Shown here: piece after piece, positions 54,480-64,000 of the stretch | How positions within the stretch are numbered: position 1 is the first letter of the stretch | Layout: every line of letters begins with the position of its first letter | Assembly (NCBI GenBank): GCA_964016885.1 | Contig: OZ024751.1 | Coordinates: forward strand, 27,218,001-27,282,000 | Length of the DNA stretch: 64,000 bases | DNA from: Eledone cirrhosa | Taxonomy: Eukaryota | Direction of reading: 5' to 3' | The notes under the pieces: model-generated | What the model was told of the DNA's origin: nothing | What the model saw: only the letters and a program-made list of their open reading frames with translations | Databases searched by the model: none | Made by a program: the position numbers and the translations under genes

Positions 54480-54615
54480 ACATGGCTTAGGGGTTAGAGT
54501 CTTCGGCTCGCGATGATAAGGTCATGAGTTCGGTTCCCGGCGGCGCGTTGTGACCTTCAGTAAGTCACTTTATTTCCCTTTGCCCTAGTCTAATCAACTG
54601 CCAAAAATAAGTTAT
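54480..54615 (+). mobile_element. tRNA-derived CORE-type SINE
   Basis: tggcttag..gttagag...gagttcggttcccgg...gtgaccttcagtaagtcactt. Confidence 0.7.
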
Positions 54616-54859
54616 ACTCTCTAAATATATATGTAAAAACTAATAATACTTTTCTCCATTTTATTATTATTCGTATAAATATGCAAATTAACTATACTTT
54701 GCACTTCCACCGTTGAAAAAGCATATAATGCTTAAACCGGTATAACGATTAAATGTGGAAATACCCATTTTATAAATAAATGTTTTGATATTATAGTGAA
54801 ACAAATCCGTCCACCATTTTCTACTGTATTTTTTTCCTTCTTACTCTTTGTGTGTGTGT

Positions 54860-54982
<123 letters not shown>

Positions 54983-55116
54983 GAAATACGCAACCGGTAA
55001 AAACTTAAAACTAAAACTGAATACTAACTAATACTTATTACTAATTTATACTTATTCCTAATTAAACTATTTTTGACTGGGAAAAATTTGTCAGCATTTT
55101 CTTTTCCTTTTTACTA

Positions 55117-55154
<38 letters not shown>

Positions 55155-55386
55155 ATGTAAAAACTAATAATACTTTTCTCCATTTTATTATTATTCGTAT
55201 AAATATGCAAATTAACTATACTTTGCACTTCCACCGTTGAAAAAGCATATAATGCTTAAACCGGTATAACGATTAAATATGGAAATACCCATTTTATAAA
55301 TAAATGTTTTGATATTATAGTGAAACAAATCCGTCCACCATTTTCTACTGTATTTTTTTCCTTCTTACTCTTTGTGTGTGTGTGTT

Positions 55387-55436
<50 letters not shown>

Positions 55437-55438
<2 letters not shown>

Positions 55439-55475
55439 CTGCACTGATGAAGGGTTATCACCCAGAAACATTTAT
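55437..55475 (+). ncRNA. Truncated hammerhead motif, same family as 20991
   Basis: aactgca-CTGATGA-a gggt tatc accc a-GAAAC-att, then cut by (TA)n. Confidence 0.55.
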
Positions 55476-55536
<61 letters not shown>

Positions 55537-55599
55537 CAAATAGTTTATTGCTCTACATGGCTGAATACAATAAATATAATCTGAGTTTTTCGAATATTA

Positions 55600-55785
55600 A
55601 TAATAATTGTTTCAATTTTTGGCACAAGGCCAGAAATTACCCAGTACATTACTGGTACTTTATTTTATCGACCCCGTAAGGATGAAAGACAAAGTTGACC
55701 TCGGCGGGATTTGAACTCAGAATGGAAAGGGCCGTATTTCTATGCGTCAAGGCATGGCGTCCGACCCTCTACCGATACTGCAATT
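55600..55785 (-). mobile_element. tRNA-derived SINE (same family as 36558)
   Basis: Reverse complement contains gagttcaaatcccgccgaggtcaactttgtctttcatccttacggggtcgataaaataaagtaccag. Confidence 0.8.
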
Positions 55786-56014
55786 ATACAAACCGCCTCT
55801 TTTTTGAAGCCATATCAGTAGAATGACCCCGTCATATCCCGATGCCTATCTACGTCTATCCAGTAGTGAAGTGGTGATTATGGTGATTTAATACCCTCTT
55901 AACTACCATTATTTGATTAATAAATACACTGTCACTCATAATCACCAACCTGGATCGCTAGGACCTGCTTATCACCAGGAAGTTTCTACGTAACAACTAA
56001 GATAAACATACAAC

Positions 56015-56047
<33 letters not shown>

Positions 56048-56271
56048 GAGATTAGAGCAAACATCACGGGCGCTCTATCTCAAAATTATTTTTGAAAAGC
56101 ATTAGAAATGCGCAACCGGTAAAACTTAAAACCAAAACTGAATACTAACCAATACTATTACTAATTTTCACTTATTCCTAATTAAACTATTTTTCACTGG
56201 GAACAATTTGTCAGCATTTTCTTTTCCGTTTACCAATATATCATAACTCGTGTGTTACACCTCTATTCTTT

Positions 56272-56318
<47 letters not shown>

Positions 56319-56342
56319 TATCATATATATATATATATATAT

Positions 56343-56670
56343 ATACGATATTAACAAATGGAAACTATATTTATAAAACCATATTTATTTTATTATACAT
56401 ATTTCAAGGATACCATGTTAAATTACGGTATGCCTTCATCAGTCAATGTTTATTTATAAAACTGGTATATATTGTATTTTGTCTGATGAAGGCATACCAT
56501 AATTTAACATGGTATCCTTGAAATATGTATAATAAAATAAATATGGTTTTATAAATATAGTTTCCATTTGTTAATATCGTATGTTTACTCCAAATACTTG
56601 TCGAGGGATTTATATCAGTTATAAAAATATTTGCTTGTTGTATACCAACAATTTAAATAGAACTTTTGCA
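56343..56670. mobile_element. Family A foldback, both hammerhead cores intact
   Basis: Arms ~56343-56441 and 56483-56582; plus-strand motif 56476-56538 attttgt-CTGATGA-agg c ataccat aatttaac atggtat c ctt-GAAA-TATGT-ATA-ataaaat; tail to (TA)n. Confidence 0.88.
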
Positions 56671-56683
56671 TATATATATATAT

Positions 56684-56996
56684 ATAGAATAGAAAACGAA
56701 AAATCAGTGATGCATCTGAATTCAATTTATTGTGTGTTACAATTGTTTCGCCGGCAGACAGCTCGAGACACGATCATTGTGTGGATCTGTCTGATTCTGG
56801 GCAGATCCAAAATCAGACAGATCCATACAATGATCGTGTCTCGAGCTGTCCGCCGGCGAAACAATTGTAACACACAATAAATTGAGTTCAGATGCATCAC
56901 TGATTTTTCGTTTTCTATTCTATCATACTCTGCTCTGTAAGAGCATAGAGTGCTCAACCGGCATACCGCCTATGGAAGCATCTTAGCTACCATCAG

Positions 56997-57000
<4 letters not shown>
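56684..57000. mobile_element. Foldback family D (117-bp arms, 6-nt loop) with 3' tail
   Basis: Arms 56684-56800 and 56807-56923 with a few mismatches; contains GAAAC AATT GTA (hammerhead 3' half). Confidence 0.88.
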
Positions 57001-57046
<46 letters not shown>

Positions 57047-57148
57047 TAAATATGTGTGTATGTTTGAGGGGTATGTTTCAATGTCTCCGTCACCATCCTT
57101 ACATCCCACCCACATATTCTAACTTTGAGGGTGCAAGAGTGAAAGAGC

Positions 57149-57198
<50 letters not shown>

Positions 57199-57305
57199 GG
57201 GGGGGGGACAGAGACAGAGAGAGAAAATGTGGTTGATAACTACATAGATATATTGATATTCATATATAATTACATATCTCTCTCGCTCGCTCTCTCTCTC
57301 TCTCT

Positions 57306-57372
<67 letters not shown>

Positions 57373-57381
57373 TATACATAT

Positions 57382-58153
57382 ATAATCATGGTCAAAGTTT
57401 TAAGACCGCTTTACAATCCATAATCCTCCATTTCGCTATAAACTAATATTTTCTATGTTCACCTTGCTAACGAGACATACTGGAAGAACCTGGCAATATT
57501 CCTATAAAACTTCTTTAATCTATACGTATCAATAACTTTCACTAACCATTTTGCACTGGATGGTTGTTTGCGGGGAGGTCTGCAAGGTTTCTGGCCAAAT
57601 TCAGGAATCAACCAGCGTGATGCAGTCTTACGACTTAACCCTGTTTCTCTTAGAATCAGTGCAGCTCTAAATGTTTTTGGATTAACATGTAGGAAAACGT
57701 GAACCACGAACATGTAGGAGAACGTCAAGTACGGTCATCTCTAACGGTAGTTTTTCCTGTAGGCAGCAACTTCCCTTCTTGACGAACAGGAGCCAAAACT
57801 TTGATATTTGTTTAAAGTATTTATTGACTGTAGTTCTGCTACAAAATATGTGACAGAAATCTGCCGCTGTAAGCTACCTGTGGCGTATACAAATAATATT
57901 TGGGGGTCTTTGAAGGTCAGAAACTGATGATGTTTTCGCTCATATTTTAAATATAGAAATTTAACAAGAACTATTTATTACACACGCACAAATTTTAAAC
58001 TAGTAAAAAGCTACAAATACTTAATGAGGAGGATACGATAGATTAAAATAATTGCAAAGTAAAAAAAAAAACAGAAAACACAATTGATGATCAAATACTT
58101 TGCAATAATTGAAACATTCACCGGGTTTTCTTAAAGTTTTGGTCATGGTTGTA
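57382..58153. mobile_element. Possible decayed Tc1-like element with imperfect TIRs
   Basis: Left TA-taatcatggtcaaagttttaag versus right (reverse complement) TA-caaccatgaccaaaactttaag; the minus strand encodes an HTH-like ILRETGLSRKTASRWL. Confidence 0.4.
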
Positions 58154-58173
58154 TCTATCTATCTATCTATCTA

Positions 58174-58535
<362 letters not shown>

Positions 58536-59224
58536 GCTTGTTTGTTGGTCCGTTTTGTTGCCAATGCACTCAAGAACCATTAAACCAATCATGTTCAAAA
58601 CTTGGCATGAAAGGTCCTTAGACTCAGCAATAGGTTGGACCTATATTCACAGATGGGTGACTCAAGATCCATATCTGTGCTATAGACCCGACTCCAGCCC
58701 CAATCTACTCATCAGACTTGTTAATCAGGCAAATGAGATTCTGGTTTTCCAAAGATTACAGAAGTCAGTGGAAACATCAGAGGTGGGCATCGGAATCATC
58801 CAACACACCACATGTCTGTCGGGTGGGGTGGGGTGGAGTGGAGGTGTGTGTGTGTGTGGGGGCATATATCCTATGAAGACATCTTTATATCATCACAGAA
58901 TGTTGTAATGTTGAATAATAAAGCAGAGTAGAGCAGACAGTAGAGAGACTTCGAGACAAAGGCAGCAATTAGCATTGGTAACAACATGCAAACATGAAAT
59001 TATTTGTAATTGGTCAGTGAGTGGTAGAATTAAAATGTTATTTTGCAAAACATTGCACTGAAACAGTTCTATAGTAAGTAGTAAGGCCTGACCAATTAAC
59101 AGACAAGCTGAAGAGAGAATGTCTTTGTGTGTGTTACGTATATATCTGAATGTATACACACTCATATATGCATATATATATATACAAGCACACACACACA
59201 CACATAATATATATATATATATGC

Positions 59225-59280
<56 letters not shown>

Positions 59281-59305
59281 TTATATATATTTATTTATAT
59301 ATATT

Positions 59306-59371
<66 letters not shown>

Positions 59372-59888
59372 CAGTAATTACAGCATGAAGAGTCATTTCA
59401 GTCATTGAAAAGCAGAAAAACTGAAAATGTTGAAGCTAAAAAATAAAATGAAGTTAACAGGTTTTGTGTGTTTTTGAATCGCTGAAATGATTCTTCCATG
59501 GTGTAATTGTTTTAGTTACAGCACGCAGTCTCAGATAAATTTACTTGCCCGCATATATATATATATATATAAACTATATAAACGTTTGTATATGTATAAT
59601 AAAGCCAAAACAATGCAGGTATGGACATAGAATAAAGAATGCAAATGCAAAAGATATTGTTGACAATTAGTCTTTTACCTTAGATTTATTTAAATGTCCT
59701 TAATTTTCGAGATAATATCTCTTCTTCGGAGGGAAGTAAAGCGGTTAAACCAGTGTTCTAAATAGCTTGCCAAGTCATGCTGAAGGGGGAGGGGGAGAGT
59801 GGGAGAGAGAGAATTGTAGTGATGGTTAGGTAAAAATATCCAAGAAGATATAGAGCAACTGAAGTCCGTAAGACGAGTTTGAATATAA

Positions 59889-60078
59889 CTATTAAGGCCA
59901 ATTACTACAAGGGTGCCATAGCAGGTACGTATGTTTCGTTAGCCGTGGGGACCAACTAGTTAAACCTGAGGTGCCGATGAAAATGAACTGGTTCTGTTAC
60001 ATCGGCACAGTTGGTTCTCACGGCTAACGAAACATACGTACTTGGTATAGCGCCGTTGTAATAACTGGCCTTAGTAAT
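59889..60078. mobile_element. Older foldback family E
   Basis: Arms ~59889-59957 and ~60009-60077 with about 10 mismatches; an inner gtgccgatg/catcggcac stem; contains GAAAC ATAC GTA; ends in TA. Confidence 0.75.
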
Positions 60079-60886
60079 TATATATATGTCTGTATGTGTG
60101 TGAGTGTGTGTGTGTATGTGTGTGTGTGTGCGTGTATGTATGTGTGTGTGTGTGTGTGCGTGAGTATGTTTATGCATCCTTGTCTACATACACTGGCCAA
60201 ACTCAATTCCTTTCTATCAGTTCCTATCTGTGGCAAGGTCTGTAGTGCACTAAACCTAATATTACATTTGGAACGGTCCCCATTAATTTGGTGAAGAATC
60301 TCTCCAAAACAATATGTCTCTGTAGCTTGGTTTGTGGCATTCAAAATGACCGCCAATCACACATCGGTCTTTTTATAACATATCCAATCAAAATTAATCT
60401 AATAACATAAAATGATATCCTTTGAGAAACTCTTCTTCTCTCTTGCCGTTCATCTTTTGTTCTTTGTTGTAAATGAAAGAGAGAAGGGGAGAGAGAGAGA
60501 GGGGGGGGGATAAGAAGAAGAAGAAGAGAGGGGGAGAGAGAGGGAATGGTGTATAGTGAAAGGGTTTGTTGTTTTAGCAATTATGACCGCTGGGGCCACG
60601 AGGCAACATCTACCTTTTTGGGCTTTGTATTTTGTTGTTGCTATTGTTCTTGTACAAAAATAGACTTATAAACGCAGGAAAAAGGTAACACATAAATGTA
60701 AGGAGGAACAGTGAGAGGAATAGAAATATTATAACAGGTTAGTTCCAGCAATGACCCTGGAACAAACGATGGTAAGAAACAAAGGAAAGATGATGGTCAT
60801 TGACCAGGTCAAGGGTGAAATTACTAAAGGATAAGAAAATGAATGGTGAGGAAGTTGTAGGTAGTGGAGTTAAGACTATGTATATA

Positions 60887-60899
60887 TCTTCTTCTTCTT

Positions 60900-60930
<31 letters not shown>

Positions 60931-61575
60931 TTGAGAGTGATGTGGAGGCAGAGTCCTCAACCACTCCTTCCAGCGGGTCCTGTCAGAAGCAACCGTCTCC
61001 AACTGAACCAGCTGGATCCCCAGGCGTGACCATCCAAGCTCATCGATGTTATCCAACTATCCTGAACGAGGTTTACACCTGGATCTCCTTCCGGTTGGTT
61101 TCGCCTGTAAAATATGTCCAGTGATTCTTTGCTGAGATATTCTAACCACGTGCCCACTGTATCGGAGCTGTGATCTCTCTACGGAGAAGTAGCGGCTCTA
61201 CCTGGAGTGACTCTCTCATCTCCGAGCTACGCATTTTATCGAGTAACATTACTCCAAAGACCCTTTGGGGGAACCCCATTTCAGTCGCTTGAATTCGCGA
61301 TCTTTTAGTCATTACCAAAGATTGATGACCATAGGTAAGGGTTGGCACGAATTGAAGATAGCGAGTTTGGCTCTTACGCCTACCTCCCTTCTTCTGATTA
61401 CTGAATGATGAAGCTGGCGTATTACTGCACCAGCTCCTGCAATTCTTGCAATTAATTCAGCCTCCCGCCTTCCATCACTTGTGAACACGGCCTCAAGATA
61501 CTTGAACTTCTCTACATGCTACAGTGGTACTCCATTTACATGTAGAGTGTACTGCGCAGCTTCCTTGAGAGGACG
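60887..61575 (-). mobile_element. 3' fragment of an RTE-clade LINE with (AAG)n tail
   Basis: Minus strand VEKFKYLEAVFTSDGRREAELIARIAGAGAV, PTLTYGH, RSRIQATEMGF, LDKMRSSEMRESLQVEPLL; tail (ctt)n at 60887-60929. Confidence 0.85.
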
Positions 61576-61682
61576 AGTGTGGGTGTCTAGAGTTAAAAGT
61601 ACAGTGTGGGTGTTTTCTTATATTTAAAACTGTTTATCAATAGAGTGGGGCCTGGACACTTATAGACAACTTACCAAAAACA

Positions 61683-61729
<47 letters not shown>

Positions 61730-62918
61730 CTGTCTCTCTTTCTCTATCTCTCTCTCTTTCTCTCTCCCTCTCTCTGTGTCTGTCTGTCTGTCTCACCCCT
61801 CTCTCTCTCTGCCCCTCTCTCTCTCTGTATATTTATAAGTTATATATATACACACATATATGTGTGTATATATATATATGTGTGTGTGTGTGTGTATAAA
61901 CACAGAAGTGACAGATATTGAAGAGACAGAGAGAACGTGACTTGTGAGAGAGAGAAAAACGTCAGGTAGACTGACAGAGAGAGGGGGTAAGAGAGTGAGG
62001 GGGTAAGGGAAAGAGAGAGAGGGGTAAGGGAAAGAGAGAGGGGGTAAGGGAAAGAGAGAGAGAGGATAAGGGAAAGAGAGAGGAGGATAAGGGAAAGAGA
62101 GGGGGTAAGGGAAAGAGAGAGAGAGAGACAAGCGAGGAGACTGAAGATATATAAACAGAAACCGTTGAAGAGGTGAGGGGGGAGATGGTTAGGGGGAGAG
62201 TGAGGGAGAGATGGTGAGGGAGGATATGGTTGGGGGGGGGGGTTTATGATGATGATGGTGATGGTGATGATAATGATGATAATGATGATGATGATGGTGG
62301 TGATGGTGGTGGTGATGGTGGTGATGGTGGTGATGGTGGTGATGGTGGTGGTGGTGGTGATGGTGATGGTGGTGGTGGTGGTGATGGTAGTGGTGGTGGT
62401 GATGGTGGTGATGATGGTGGTGGCGGTTGTGGTGGTGGTGGTAGTGATGGTTGTGGTGATGCTATTGACGATGATGGTGATGATGATGGTGATGGTGGTG
62501 ATGGTGATGATGGTGATGGTGATGATGATGATGATGACGACGGAAATAGTGATGGCGACGATGATGGTGATGGTGATGGTGGTGGTGGTAGATTGTAAAT
62601 AATTGTAAATAAACATTGAGTATCTGGATACAAGAAGATGGCGGCTAAAAATTGAGTGAAGCAGACGACACGAGCAGACGAGTAGAATGGAGGAATAACT
62701 GAGTGAATAGATGGACGAATAACAGAACGAACGAACATACAAATGAATGAATGAATCGCTGAAGAAATGAATGAATAAACGAACATATGAAGGAACGAAC
62801 GAACGAAGGAGTGAACGAACGAATGAATGAATAATCCGAGTGAATAAAAGAATGAATGAATGAATGAATGAGAGAAAGAAAGGTCAAATGACTGAGAGAT
62901 ATATAGATACAGAAAGAG

Positions 62919-62988
<70 letters not shown>

Positions 62989-63119
62989 GAATGGGAAATG
63001 GAATGAGAGAATGGGATACTGGTAGTGTGGGTTCCTACTGTGGTAGTAGTGGTGGTTGTGGTGCATTGTTTATGTTTCTGTACATGTGTTCATGCATAAA
63101 CACACGTAGACGTTATATA

Positions 63120-63184
<65 letters not shown>

Positions 63185-63206
63185 CCTCCTTTGTTTTGTT
63201 CGTTTT

Positions 63207-63316
63207 TTCTCAACTATATATATATATTTTGTCAACTATATATATTTTGTCAACTATATATATTTTGTCAACTATATATATTTTGTCAACTATATATATT
63301 TTGTCAACTATATATA
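63207..63316. repeat. 18-bp tandem repeat (tattttgtcaactatata)
   Basis: About 6 copies. Confidence 0.9.
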
Positions 63317-63455
63317 AAGAATGTATAGACGGGGAATAATTAAATGGTAAGAACACGGGGCTTGTTTATTCATATATCCTGATATTTTGAGATTAATATC
63401 TCTTCTTCTGCGGAAAATAAAGGAACTACTCCAGTGTTCGATGTGACTATACCAT

Positions 63456-64000
63456 GCCACACACACAGCCACACACAGCCACACACAGCCACACACAGCC
63501 ACACACAGCCACACACAGCCACACACAGCCACACACAGCCACACACAGCCACACACAGCCACACACAGAAGCCACACACAGCCACACAGCCACACAGCCA
63601 CACACAGAAGCCACACACAGCCACACAGCCACACAGCCACACACAGCCACACACAGCCACACAGCCACACAGCCACACACAGCCACACAGCCACACACAG
63701 AAGCCACACATAGCCACACACAGCCACACAGCCACACAGCCACACACAGCCACACACAGCCACACAGCCACACACAGCCACACACAGCCACACACAGTCA
63801 CACACAGAAGCCACACACAGCCACACACAGAAGCCACACACAGCCACACACAGAAGCCACACACAGCCACACACAGGCACACACAGCCACACACAGAAGC
63901 CACACACAGCCACACACAGAAGCCACACACAGCCACACACAGCCACACAGCCACACACAGCCACACACAGCCACACAGCCACACACAGCCACACACAGCC
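63456..64000. repeat. (agccacacac)n 8-13-bp repeat, runs off the window end
   Basis: Visible tandem units. Confidence 0.95.

Noticed and set aside
58520-58625. Possible Helitron 5' end (also 12590-12785 on the minus strand)
   Set aside because: Only a general resemblance; no matching 3' hairpin-CTRR identified.

Overview
Eukaryotic, extremely microsatellite-rich genomic DNA. It is probably a coleoid cephalopod such as Octopus, inferred from the SINE types and repeat style and not verified. Almost all entries in the supplied ORF track are microsatellite artefacts. The only host coding sequence I can support is absent from that track because it runs off the left edge: the 5' part of a TENT5/FAM46 non-canonical poly(A) polymerase on the minus strand (ATG at 636), with candidate non-coding upstream exons. 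The remaining ~63 kb is intron or upstream DNA filled with microsatellites, minisatellites (two with higher-order structure) and transposon relics: Tc1, RTE, R4/Dong-like, Tx1/L1, Helitron, tRNA-SINEs and a rearranged Penelope-like RT/GIY-YIG. The most striking signal is a dense, multi-family set of short non-coding elements sitting in (TA)n tracts. They carry hammerhead-ribozyme motifs (CUGANGA...GAAA...NUH) and are often built as long foldbacks with a one-sided 3' tail. They are most consistent with non-autonomous Penelope-like (pLTR/retrozyme-type) elements that prefer TA microsatellites.
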